Source: an uncultured Chloroflexia bacterium
GTDB lineage: Bacteria > Chloroflexota > Anaerolineae > B4-G1 > SLSP01
DNA: 64,000 nucleotides
Direction of reading: 5' to 3'
NCBI GenBank assembly: GCA_963751345.1
Contig: CAVVUS010000014.1
Coordinates: 192,001-256,000, forward strand
This document shows positions 1-9,937 of this stretch, in pieces. The notes below the pieces were generated by a model. It saw only the letters and a program-made list of their open reading frames with translations. It was not told where the DNA came from and made no database searches. The translations under genes were made by a program, and so were the position numbers. Positions within the stretch are counted from its first letter, which is position 1. Every line of letters starts with the position of its first letter.

Positions 1-822
1 CCGTGCTTACCTCGGATGTGCCCGTTGGGGCGGGGATGTCGTCATCGGCTGCGGTGGAAGTCGCCTTTGCCTACGCGTGGGACCAGTTGGGTGACCTCGG
101 GTTTGAAGTTATCCGAGATCGCGCTGCTCTGTCAGAAGGCCGAGAACCAGTATGTCGGTGTCAACTGCGGGATTATGGACCAGATGATCAGCGCGTGCGG
201 TAAGGCCGGCTTTGCCATGATGCTGGATACCCGAACGCTCGAACGTGCCTACTTCACCATCCCCGAGGGCATCGCCATCGTCGTGGCGGACAGCACGGTG
301 CGGCGGGCGTTGACCGGGTCGGAATACAACGTCCGACGCGCGCAGTGTGAACAAGCCGTTAGCATCCTGGAGAAGCATCTGCCCGACGTGAAAGCACTGA
401 GGGACGTGACTCCCCACCAGCTGGAGCGGTTCCGTGACGAAATGCCCGAGGTCGTCTACCGCAGGGCACGCCACGTCGTCACCGAGAACAACCGGGTTCT
501 CCAGGTTTCCCGCGACCTCTACGAGCACCGCATCGAGCACGTTGGGGAATTGCTCGTCGAGGGGCATCGCAGTCTTCGGGACGACTATGAGGTAAGCATC
601 CCGGAATTGGACACGCTCGTTGAAGCGGCGGTCGAGGTCGACGGCTGCTATGGCGCGCGGCTGACCGGGGCCGGATTCGGGGGATGTATCATCGCCCTGG
701 CCGACGAAGATGCCGTGCCGGAGATCGAGACGCACCTGAACCAGGTCTACGATGATGCATACGGGAAACAGCCCACGGTATATGTGACGCTTGCCGACGA
801 TGGCGTGGCCAGGATGGCCTGA
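1..822 (+). CDS. galK: Galactokinase (GHMP kinase), 5'-truncated by window edge; apparent +1 frameshift near 103
   Basis: VPVGAGMSSSAA (GHMP ATP motif) in ORF 3..203 continues into ORF 16..822 with CGIMDQ, SEYNVRR, RRARHV, SLRDDYEVS, GARLTGAGFGG; extra T in gggtttgaag. Confidence 0.9.
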   Translation, partial: PCLPRMCPLGRGCRHRLRWKSPLPTRGTSWVTSGLKLSEIALLCQKAENQYVGVNCGIMDQMISACGKAGFAMMLDTRTLERAYFTIPEGIAIVVADSTVRRALTGSEYNVRRAQCEQAVSILEKHLPDVKALRDVTPHQLERFRDEMPEVVYRRARHVVTENNRVLQVSRDLYEHRIEHVGELLVEGHRSLRDDYEVSIPELDTLVEAAVEVDGCYGARLTGAGFGGCIIALADEDAVPEIETHLNQVYDDAYGKQPTVYVTLADDGVARMA

Positions 823-826
823 TCCC

Positions 827-2132
827 ATGGACTGGCATAAGGTCTACGCAGACAAATCGACGACTGCCGAGGCAGCAATTCGGGCCACGGTGCGGTCAGA
901 TACCCGCATCTTCATGACCGGGAACTGCAGCGTGCCGCGGGTTCTCACCGACGCGCTCCTCGCCTATGCACCGAACGTGGAAAACGTGGAGATCGCGCAA
1001 CCGCTGACGGTGGGACCGGCGCCTTGGAACGAGCCGGAGATGCAGGGCCACCTGCGATCGAATTCGATGTTCATCGGCCACAACGTCCGTAAGGCCGTTT
1101 GGGAGAAGCGCGCCGACTATACCCCCGTCCTGCTCTCAGAGCTTCCCCTCCTCTTCAAGCGCAACGTGCTCCCGGTCGACGTGGCTTTCATACACCTATC
1201 GCCGCCCGATCCCCAGGGATACTGCTCCTTCAGCATCGAGACCGGGCTGACCAAGAGCGCTGCGGAGGCCGCCAGATGCCGCGTTGCACAGATCAACCGG
1301 CAGATGCCCTATATCCTGGGGGACACCCTGATCCACGTGAGTGACCTTGATTACGTGGTCGAGGTGGACACACCACTTGATGAGTTCGCTATGGCAGGCG
1401 ACTCCGATGATCCGGTAACGGAGCGCATCGCCAAGATACATCGCGGAACTGATCCCGGACGGCGCGACCTTGCAGTTGGGCATCGGCGCCATCGCGGATT
1501 CCGTCCTACCGCACCTGCAGGACAGAAAGGATCTCGGCATTCATACCGAGCTCTTCTCCGATGGTGTGATCTCCCTGGTGGAAAAGGGTATCATTACGGG
1601 AGCACGGAAGACGTTGCACCCGGGCAAGATCACGGCAGGCTTTGTGTTGGGATCACGTGATCTTTACGCCTGGCTGGATCACAACGATATGGTGGAGTTG
1701 CACCGTACCGAGTACGTCAACGATCCATACGTCGTCGGCCAGAACTACCGCCAGGTAGCGATCAATGGCGCGATCGAGGTCGATTTGACAGGCCAGGTGT
1801 GCGCCGACAGTATCGGGCCCAAGTTCTACAGCGGCGTCGGTGGGCAGATGGATTTCATCTATGGGGCGTCGCGCAGCGAAGGTGGCGTGCCGATCATTGC
1901 GCTTCCGAGTACGGCCAGGGGAGACACCATGAGCCGGATCGTGCCGACGCTGAAACCCGGGGCGGGAGTCGTAACGTCCCGTAACCATGTTCACTGGGTA
2001 GTGACGGAATACGGAGCCGTGGATCTCTATGGTAAGAGCATCCGGCAGCGAGTGGAGGCATTGACCGGCATCGCGCATCCCAAGTTCCGCGACGCTTTGG
2101 TCGAGCAAGCCAGAGCATTAGACTATGTATAG
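827..2132 (+). CDS. Acetyl-CoA hydrolase/transferase family (4-hydroxybutyrate CoA-transferase-like); apparent +1 frameshift near 1435
   Basis: N-half (ORF 791..1660: ADYTPV, DVAFIHLSPPD) joins C-half (ORF 1470..2132: QLGIGAI, DLGIHTELFSDG, SGVGGQMDF, VVTEYG). Confidence 0.88.
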
Positions 2133-2150
2133 ACCACAGGAGGTGTAGTC

Positions 2151-2990
2151 TTGTACCACGCACTTGTCGCCATCAAACAGGTGCCTGACACTACAAACAT
2201 CCGCATCGATCCCGATACCGGGAACCTGGTGCGCGAAGGGGTCCCGGCAATCATGAATCCCTATGACGCGCACGCGCTTGCGGCTGCAATTGAGTGGAAG
2301 CACAAACTGAACGGGAAAGTCACCGTAGTCTCCATGGGTCCACCTTCCTTCACCACCACCATCCGCGAAGCTATAGAGTTGGGTGCGGATCGCGGAATCC
2401 TGGTCTCGGACCGCAAGTTTGCAGGCGCCGATACCCTGGCCACGTCCTACGTGCTCGCCAGCGTCATCAAGGCCATCCACGAGCAAGACCCCATCGATCT
2501 CATCTTCTTCGGAAAACAGGCGATCGACGGGGACACAGCCCAGGTCGGCCCCGGTGTCGCCGTGCGGTTGGACTTCCCCATCGTGACGTATGCCGTCAAC
2601 ATCCGTGCCGTGGATCTGGATGATTCAACGGTCGTGGTTGAGCGGAAGACGGAGCGGTGGACCGAGGTTATAGAGGTCCCTCTGCCCGCCCTGTTGACGT
2701 GTGAGAAAGAAATCGCGGAGATTCCTTTCGCCCCGCTGCCTGCCCTGATCAAGTCCTTGCGATACGAGCCCGAAGTGTGGACCATCGAGGGGCCGGTCGA
2801 GTTCAATGCCGACATGATCGGCGTGCGAGGCTCACCTACCATCGTCTATAAGATGGGCACGCCGCCTCTGCCCGAGCCCGGCGAGAAGATCAACACGCGC
2901 GAGGCAGGGATGGAGGTCGCATTGGACTACATGTTCAAGAGAGCAGACGAGCTAGGTGTGCTCAGCACGATGGTTGGAGGTGCAGAATGA
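2151..2990 (+). CDS. fixA: Electron transfer flavoprotein beta subunit (FixA)
   Basis: IKQVPDT, NPYD, SMGP, DRKFAGADTLAT, GKQAIDGDTAQVGP; RBS aggagg before TTG. Confidence 0.93.
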   Translation: MYHALVAIKQVPDTTNIRIDPDTGNLVREGVPAIMNPYDAHALAAAIEWKHKLNGKVTVVSMGPPSFTTTIREAIELGADRGILVSDRKFAGADTLATSYVLASVIKAIHEQDPIDLIFFGKQAIDGDTAQVGPGVAVRLDFPIVTYAVNIRAVDLDDSTVVVERKTERWTEVIEVPLPALLTCEKEIAEIPFAPLPALIKSLRYEPEVWTIEGPVEFNADMIGVRGSPTIVYKMGTPPLPEPGEKINTREAGMEVALDYMFKRADELGVLSTMVGGAE

Positions 2991-4030
2991 CGACGCGCCG
3001 TTTCTGGGTCTTCATCGAGCAGGAACAGGGTGACGTCCATCCGGTATCTTGGGAGCTATTGGGCGTGGCGCGAGATCTCGCGTCCCAGGTCAAGGACGAA
3101 GCAGACGCTGCCGGCGACGAGGTCGTCGTCGAAGGTGTACTGCTTGGCTCCAACGTGAGGGCCATCGCCGAGCAGGCGATAGGCTTTGGGGCGGACCGGG
3201 TCTATCTTGTGGATGATCCGGTGCTCGAGAACTATCGCAACTGTCCCTACTATATGAGCATCCAGTCCGTCGCAAGGACGTACCAGCCCGAGGTCTTCCT
3301 CATCGGCGCGACGACACTCGGCCGAGATCTGGCGGGTGCGATCGCCACAGCGCTGGGCACCGGGCTCACCGCCGACTGCACACAACTGGAGATGGGTGAG
3401 GTCAGGGGCGCGACGCAGAAGCTACTCCTCGCCACCCGCCCGGCCTTCGGTGGCAATATCATGGCGACGATTGTCTGTCGCAAGCACCGGCCTCAGATGT
3501 CGAGTGTCAGGCCCAGGGTCTTCCCTGCCCCCGCCTACGACCCCGAAGCCAAGGGGGAGATCGTGGAGGTCGAGGTTGACTTGACCGAAGAGGGCGCACG
3601 GTCGTGTATCCTCGAATTCATCCACGCAAAAGAAGATATGGTCGACATCGAGTACAGCGACGTCATCGTCTCCGGAGGCCGCGGGCTGGGCGGGCCGGAG
3701 GGATTCAAGCTGATCAAAGAGCTGGCAGATACTATGAATGGCGTCGTAGGGGCCTCGAGGGCCTGTGTAGATGCCGGGTGGATCGCCTATTCTCACCAGG
3801 TAGGTCAGAGTGGGAAGACGGTGAGACCCAAGGTCTATGTCGCTGCCGGTATCTCAGGCGCCCTGCAACACAAGGTAGGTATGCAAAACTCAGATTTCAT
3901 CATCGCCATCAACAGTGATCCGGACGCACCGATTTTCGAGATCGCTGACGTCGGCATTGTGGGCGATCTGTACGAAGTTATTCCGGCAATGATCGGCGAG
4001 ATCAAGGCACGCAAGGAGGCCCGGGCATGA
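2987..4030 (+). CDS. fixB: Electron transfer flavoprotein alpha subunit (FixB)
   Basis: GLTADCT, RPAFGGNIMATI, VSGGRG, QVGQSGKTV, GISGALQH; ATGA overlap with fixA. Confidence 0.93.
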   Translation: MTTRRFWVFIEQEQGDVHPVSWELLGVARDLASQVKDEADAAGDEVVVEGVLLGSNVRAIAEQAIGFGADRVYLVDDPVLENYRNCPYYMSIQSVARTYQPEVFLIGATTLGRDLAGAIATALGTGLTADCTQLEMGEVRGATQKLLLATRPAFGGNIMATIVCRKHRPQMSSVRPRVFPAPAYDPEAKGEIVEVEVDLTEEGARSCILEFIHAKEDMVDIEYSDVIVSGGRGLGGPEGFKLIKELADTMNGVVGASRACVDAGWIAYSHQVGQSGKTVRPKVYVAAGISGALQHKVGMQNSDFIIAINSDPDAPIFEIADVGIVGDLYEVIPAMIGEIKARKEARA

Positions 4031-5349
4031 ACAACGAACGTATCGAGTTCGATGCCATCGTGGTAGGCGCCGGCCTCGCCGGATCAGCGGCCGCTATGGT
4101 GATGGCCCGCGAAGGACTCAACGTCGCGCTGATCGAGCGCGGACAGAAGCCGGGGGGCAAGAACTACTTCGGCGGCGCCGTCTATACCCACGCGATCGCA
4201 GATCTGATCCCGGACTATATGGACCGCCGGCCTCCCTTCGAACGACCGGTCACGGAAGCAGGATTCTGGTTCCTCTCCGAGACCGGCATCACCCGGATGA
4301 CCGTCCAGGGCGGCGAGCTCGCCACAGATCCCCCGGACGCCTATATCACGCTGAGGGCGCACTTCGACGAATGGTGGGCTGCACAGGCTCAGGAGGCCGG
4401 TGCCTTCTTGATCCCCAAGACGGCCGTCGTTGACTTGATCCGCGAGGAGAGCGGACAGGTGATTGGTGTGGTGACTGACCGCCCGCAGGGCGAGGTCTAT
4501 GCACCCGTGGTGATCATCTGCGAGGGCGTCAACAACATCCTGACGCAGAAACTCGGCTTGATCGATCGCGACATCGAACCTGCGCAGATAGCCTTGGCCG
4601 TCAAGAAGGTCATTTCGCTGCCGATGGAGACGATCAATGCACGCTTTGGCCTTGCAGACGACCAGCATGGCCTGGCGGTCTCTGTGTTGGGTGATGTCTC
4701 CATGGGTCTTGCGGGTATGGGCTTCGTCTATACGAACAAGGCCAGCGTATCAGTAGGCCTCGGTGTCATGTTGGACACGTTGGCGGAATATCGCCTGCGG
4801 CCATACGACATCCTGCAGCGCTATCTCGAACATCCCGCAATCGCCCCACTCATCAAGGACGGCCAGCTGTTGGAGTACGGTGGCCATCTCATCCCCGAGG
4901 GTGGTTACAAGGCCATGCCAAAGCTGTACACCGGTGGCGCACTCGTCGCCGGGGATGCGGCAGCGATGGTCAATGCCCTTCACTGGGAGGGCACTAACAT
5001 GGCGATCATCGCCGGGAAACACGCCGGGGAGACTGCCGTGGAAGCCCACAGCCGCGGGGATTTCAGCGAGAAGACCCTGTCGCGTTACGAGGATCGTCTC
5101 AGCGAAGGTTTCATTCTAAAGGATCTCAAGCAGTACCGAGGGTTCTCACGGTTCCTCGAGACACATCCGCAGTTTATGGACGTCTATCCGTCGTTTGTCA
5201 ATGGAGCCCTGGGCCAGTTCTTCAGCGCCTACGGCAAGCCCAAGCGACAGTTGTTCAAAGGTATGTTGAGCGCGCTGACCGATCGCCGTGGGCTGATCAA
5301 GGCCTCCGGCGATATCATCGCGATGGCGCGATCCGTGATGGGATGGTGA
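4027..5349 (+). CDS. fixC: FixC, ETF-quinone oxidoreductase-like flavoprotein
   Basis: VVGAGLAG, GGKNYFGG, HLIPEGG, VAGDAA, EGTNMA; lies between fixB and a ferredoxin. Confidence 0.9.
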   Translation: MNNERIEFDAIVVGAGLAGSAAAMVMAREGLNVALIERGQKPGGKNYFGGAVYTHAIADLIPDYMDRRPPFERPVTEAGFWFLSETGITRMTVQGGELATDPPDAYITLRAHFDEWWAAQAQEAGAFLIPKTAVVDLIREESGQVIGVVTDRPQGEVYAPVVIICEGVNNILTQKLGLIDRDIEPAQIALAVKKVISLPMETINARFGLADDQHGLAVSVLGDVSMGLAGMGFVYTNKASVSVGLGVMLDTLAEYRLRPYDILQRYLEHPAIAPLIKDGQLLEYGGHLIPEGGYKAMPKLYTGGALVAGDAAAMVNALHWEGTNMAIIAGKHAGETAVEAHSRGDFSEKTLSRYEDRLSEGFILKDLKQYRGFSRFLETHPQFMDVYPSFVNGALGQFFSAYGKPKRQLFKGMLSALTDRRGLIKASGDIIAMARSVMGW

Positions 5350-5353
5350 TCGT

Positions 5354-5704
5354 ATGGCAATGAAAACAGGGGATGCATTCGAGGCCAAGGAACTCCCGCA
5401 GGATAAGAAAGAGACCTTGCCGGACGTCTACGTCGACGATCTCTTGATGAGTCTGAAGTATTTCATCGATGAGGATGTGGCGCATCTATCGATCATCGAT
5501 GACGACGTTTGCGCGCGCTGTGAGTATAAGCCGTGCCTCTATTTCTGCCCGGTGGGCGTCTACACACTGGGCAGCGACGGCCGAATCCAGGTGGCCTATC
5601 AAGGCTGTGTAGAGTGTGGCAGCTGTCGGGTCGGGTGCCCCTACAAGAATATCGACTGGAAGCTGCCGCGAGGCGGCTTTGGCGTCGCCTACAAGTTCGG
5701 ATAA
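5354..5704 (+). CDS. fixX: FixX ferredoxin-like protein
   Basis: CARC...CLYFCP and CVECGSCRVGC, C-terminal WKLPRGGFGVAYKFG. Confidence 0.9.
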   Translation: MAMKTGDAFEAKELPQDKKETLPDVYVDDLLMSLKYFIDEDVAHLSIIDDDVCARCEYKPCLYFCPVGVYTLGSDGRIQVAYQGCVECGSCRVGCPYKNIDWKLPRGGFGVAYKFG

Positions 5705-5720
5705 CGTCTGCACGTAGTTC

Positions 5721-5755
5721 AACCTTCGCAAGGTTTCGGAAACCTTGCGAAGGTT
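5721..5755. repeat. REP-like nested palindrome
   Basis: aaccttcgcaaggtttc-g-gaaaccttgcgaaggtt: perfect 17-bp inverted repeat; each arm is itself a hairpin (aacctt-cgc-aaggtt). Confidence 0.7.
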
Positions 5756-5773
5756 TACAGGAGCGTACCCTCA

Positions 5774-6370
5774 ATGGATGCAGATTCGATCAAGAAGGAA
5801 CGAACGCTGGTGCTGTTGAAGCCCGATGCCGTGGCCCGCGGCCTTTCCGGCGAGATCATCCGGAGATTCGAGCGGGCGGGGCTGAAGATCGTGGCCCTCA
5901 AGATGCTCCACCCGACCCCGGAGGTCGCTGCAGGCCACTACTCAGGCCCCGACGACTGGATTCGAGGGATGGGACAGAAAACCTTGGACTCCTTCGACCA
6001 ATTCGGGATGGATGTCCAGGAGGTCCTGGGGACGGACGACCCGTTCGAGATCGGCACGATGGTCAGGGGCTGGCTGGTAGCGTACGTCTCCTCAGGGCCC
6101 GTCGTGGCCATGGTGTTGCAGGGCGTTCACGCCATCACGGCGGTGCGGCGCATGATCGGGTTCACGATTCCCTCTCGGGCGGAACCCGGCACCATCCGCG
6201 CAGACTACGCCATAGACTCCAACACCGTCTCGAGCCTGGAGAAACGCTCGACCAAGAACCTTATCCACGCCTCGGGCAACGCCGAGGAGGCTGCACAGGA
6301 GATCGCGTACTGGTTCAGCCAGGATGAGATCTTCGACTACGAGCGAGGCGGCGAAGCGCTAATGTTCTAG
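5774..6370 (+). CDS. ndk: Nucleoside-diphosphate kinase
   Basis: ERTLVLLKPDAV, SGPVVAMV, PGTIRAD, NLIHASGN (phospho-His). Confidence 0.95.
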   Translation: MDADSIKKERTLVLLKPDAVARGLSGEIIRRFERAGLKIVALKMLHPTPEVAAGHYSGPDDWIRGMGQKTLDSFDQFGMDVQEVLGTDDPFEIGTMVRGWLVAYVSSGPVVAMVLQGVHAITAVRRMIGFTIPSRAEPGTIRADYAIDSNTVSSLEKRSTKNLIHASGNAEEAAQEIAYWFSQDEIFDYERGGEALMF

Positions 6371-6393
6371 GTTGGCCAGCGAAGCCTAGATGT

Positions 6394-6431
6394 GAAACCA
6401 GGTAGGTCGGGTGACCTACCTGGTTTCTTTG
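6394..6431 (+). terminator. Intrinsic terminator/hairpin between convergent genes
   Basis: gaaaccaggtaggtc-gggt-gacctacctggtttc, perfect 15-bp stem followed by tttt. Confidence 0.7.
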
Positions 6432-6456
6432 TGCCCTCTGACGATAGAAGACCGGG

Positions 6457-9400
6457 CTACAGTTGATTCATCGCCCGATTGTAGATCTCCAGGGCCTTAT
6501 CGAGATCACCGAATTTCATATAGGCGTCGCCAAGCGTCCGAAGTACACCCGGCCCGTCGGGCATTGCCTCGGCATAGCGCTCCAGGTCCGTCGTCACCTC
6601 GTCGGACTTGGCACCCGACTTGATCAGCCGGGTGTAATGCTGCATCGCCTCCTGGATCTCGCCGGCGTCCCACAGCGCGCGTCCCAGGGTGAGCCGCGCG
6701 GCGTGGTCCGAGCGCTTCTGCTTCACGTGGGCCCGCAGTGCGTCGAGCTCCGTGACCTCCGTCTCTGCGACCTCTGCCTCGGCACCGGGCTCTACAGACG
6801 GCGCTTCCTCCGCCGCTGCGACGACAGGTTCCGGCAGTGGCTCTTCTTCCGGCGGCGCAACTACCTCCGGCGCTACCGGTTCTTCAGGGGCTGCCTCCGG
6901 TTCTTCGAGTTCAGGCTCTATAGCGACAACCGTCTCCTCTTCGGCCGGAACCTCAGCAGCAGGCGCCTCGACGCCGGCCTGCAGAGTCTCGGACTCGCCG
7001 GTCAGTGTAGCCTCTGCCGGGCTTGGCTCACTCGGAGAGGTAAGCTCCTCAGGTTCACCGCCAAACGCGGACCATCCGAAGAACGTCTCCTCCTCCGGCA
7101 CCGCTTCGGCCGGAGGGGATTCGGTGCCCTCGGCTTCGATCTGCTCCTGAAGCTCAGCCTCCTCCATAGGCCCCAGACCCTCCAGCCACGCGAGCGCGTC
7201 CTCCCCCAAAGGGGCCTCTGCCGTTTCAGGAACGTCCTCTGAAGGCGGCACTCCCGGGACGGCCGATTCCATCACCTCAGGGATCTCCGCATCGGAGATA
7301 ACCTCGGCCAAGGAGTCCGGCTGCCCCATCAACCCCTCGACTTCGGGCGCTTCCTCGGAAGGTTCGGCGATCTGCTCAAGCGTCTGAGCATCCGCCAATC
7401 TCGGTCTGATCTGCCGGCGCTTCACGCTTGCGCCCAAGGATTTCAGCGACGCGATCTGCAGATTCCCGCTCGGCGAGCGCCTGCAGCTCTTCTTCCTTGC
7501 CAACGGTGAGACTCTGCAGCCAGGCCAGAGCATCATCCCCGGACATGAGATCACCTTCATCAGAGGGTGGTACCACCTGCGCAGCCTCAACAGCGTCTGA
7601 GACAGACTCGGGGACGAGTTCCGCTTCCTCCTCGACCGACAACATGCTTGGCTCGGGTTCGATTCCCTCCGGGGCCTCTTCGACGGTGGCAAGGCTCTCG
7701 AGCCACGCCAGCGTGTCGTCACTCGACAATAGCCCGCCCATTTCCTCACCTGCCGCGGCCTCGATGGTCTCAGCAGGGGCCTCATCCGCAGCGGCGAGGG
7801 GCTCCACCGTCGCAGGCTCCTCCACGACAGTCGAAGGCGCGGGGGTCACGATCTCGGTAGCCTGCTCAGTCCAATCTAGCTCTGCCCCGGCAAGCACCTC
7901 CGATTCCGCTTCCTCCTCACCTGCAGTCAGACTGTCCAACCAGGCAAGCGCCGCTTCACCCGTCAGGATGTCTTCCTCTTCTTCAGGTACGACGGCCTCG
8001 GCCTCGGGAACCAATGGTTCTGAGAATTCCGTGCCCTCGGGCTCGAGCGCACGAAGCCAGTCAGGGATCTCTTCCTCCGGATACTCCTCCTCAACGACGG
8101 CGGCGGGTGTCGTGGGCTCCAACCCGGCTAGCCAATCCGGAAGCTCCTCAGCTTCAGGAAGCTCGAGGTCAGCGGATGCTTCATCGGCGACCTGTTCGTC
8201 TTCAGCCTGAACCTGCAACTCGCTGAGCCAATCCGGTACTTCGTCGGGCGCAGCAGGCTCCACGATCTGCGTTGGCGCTTCCGGTAGCTCATCTGTCATC
8301 CACCCGAGCAGGTCCTCATCCTCTTCTTCACCGGCCTCGGACGCCTCATCTACCGTGGTCTGGAGTTCGCCCAGCCAATCCGGGAGCGATTCATCGACCT
8401 CGATCGTCTCAGGTGCGGGCTCCCGAAGGAGCTCTTCATCCTCGGCGGTCAACTGGGCAAGCCAGTCGGCTGTCCCGTCTTCTCCAGGCATCGACTCCGC
8501 AGGCTGCTCTTCTTCCATCCCCTCAATCGCGAGGGTCGGTGCTTCTTCGTCTGCGGCTGGCCCCTCCCCTGCAAGCTCCAGCAGCCAGTCGGGTGCGCCC
8601 TCCGCTTCCTCCATCTCCAACGAGAGACCCTCGGGCGCCAATTCCTGAAGCCAGTCCGGTACGGCCTCGCCTTCCTCAATCCCCTCCGCCTCACCGGCCT
8701 CAGGCTCGATCCCGAATGCCGATGCCAGGTCGGGTACGCCCTCGAAAGCCGCCTCACCCTCCGCTTCAGCCTCCTCAGTGTCAACGGCCTCGTCCGACTC
8801 GGTGAACTCGATGTCAGCCATCCACCCGAGTCCCCCGGCGCCCTCCTCCTCCTGCTCCTGGACTGTTCCTAGTTCCCTCAGCCAATCGGGGATCTCAATC
8901 TGTGATTCCAAACCGGCGGTGATATCCACGAGGCGGACCTCGTCAGCCGTCATCTCCGGGGGCGCTTCCGATATGCCTACCGTAATCGAGGCTGCTTCGA
9001 GACGCTTGAACCACGTGCTGTCCTGATCGACATCGATGGCATCCGGATCATAGGCAAGGCGATCGACTACGGTCTGCTGCGTCCCCAACAGGGAATCGGC
9101 ACCGAACAGCTCCTCCGCGCGAAGGTTCTCCGGATCGATCTCCTGGGCACGTTTCAGATAAATCCAGCCCTCGTCCTGACCGCTGTTGACCCACAGGGTG
9201 CCCAACAGGAGATTCGCCTTGATGTTATACGGCATCTTGTCCAGGATCTCCTGACACACTTCGGAGGCCTGAACCAACTGACCGTTACGCCAATAAGCCT
9301 CCGCCAACGCCGTCATGAGGTCGGGCCGCGCGGATTGTTCTTCGAGGAGCGCATGCAATTCCTCCGCCGCGCGCTCGGGGCGCTGTCCCCGCAAGTACAA

Positions 9401-9814
9401 ATGTGCGAGTCCGGCACGGGTCTGCGGCACATAGGCGAGCTCCATGCCATCGCGACGGCCATACATACGACGCAGCTCTTCCGCTATCTCGCTGCTGCTG
9501 GGGTCCGTTTCTAGGGCCCGTTCGAGGTTCCAGAGCGCAGCGTCTAAGTCGTTGCGCCGCTCGTGGGCCAGCCCCAGCCCAATACGAGAGACAAGATGCT
9601 CCGGATCCGCACTAAGCGCGCGCCGAAACATGTCGACCGCCAACTCGGGCAGATCGGCTTCCAGGGTAGTCTTTCCCAGAAGATAATAGGCGCCAACATA
9701 GTGAGGGAATTGGGTCAAGAGGTGCCGAATATGTGCCAGGGCCTCTAGGTAACGAGTCTGCTCGATTAGCTGATCAATCTCGTTTTCATACACTTGCAAG
9801 GAGATTTCGGACAC
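6457..9814 (-). CDS. Large TPR protein with long acidic low-complexity linker carrying PDWL/LAWL repeats; apparent +1 frameshift near 7395
   Basis: N-terminal TPRs (ORF 7376..9814), Glu/Pro/Ala-rich linker, C-terminal TPRs (ORF 6457..7785: RTLGDAYMKFGDLDKALEIYNRA); ggagg RBS before GTG. Confidence 0.8.
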
Positions 9815-9857
9815 AACGTCCTCCTGTGGGCAATTCCGTCATTGGTCTTCCAAATAC

Positions 9858-9886
9858 ATTATGCTATGCTTTAGATGAAAAGTCAA
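9858..9886 (-). promoter_or_regulatory. Putative sigma-70 promoter for the TPR gene
   Basis: Minus strand TTGACT-17 nt-CATAAT, about 45 nt upstream of the start. Confidence 0.5.
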
Positions 9887-9937
9887 AATATCGTTGGTAA
9901 CAAAGCCCATTCACTTTGGGGAACTTGGGTTAACGAA

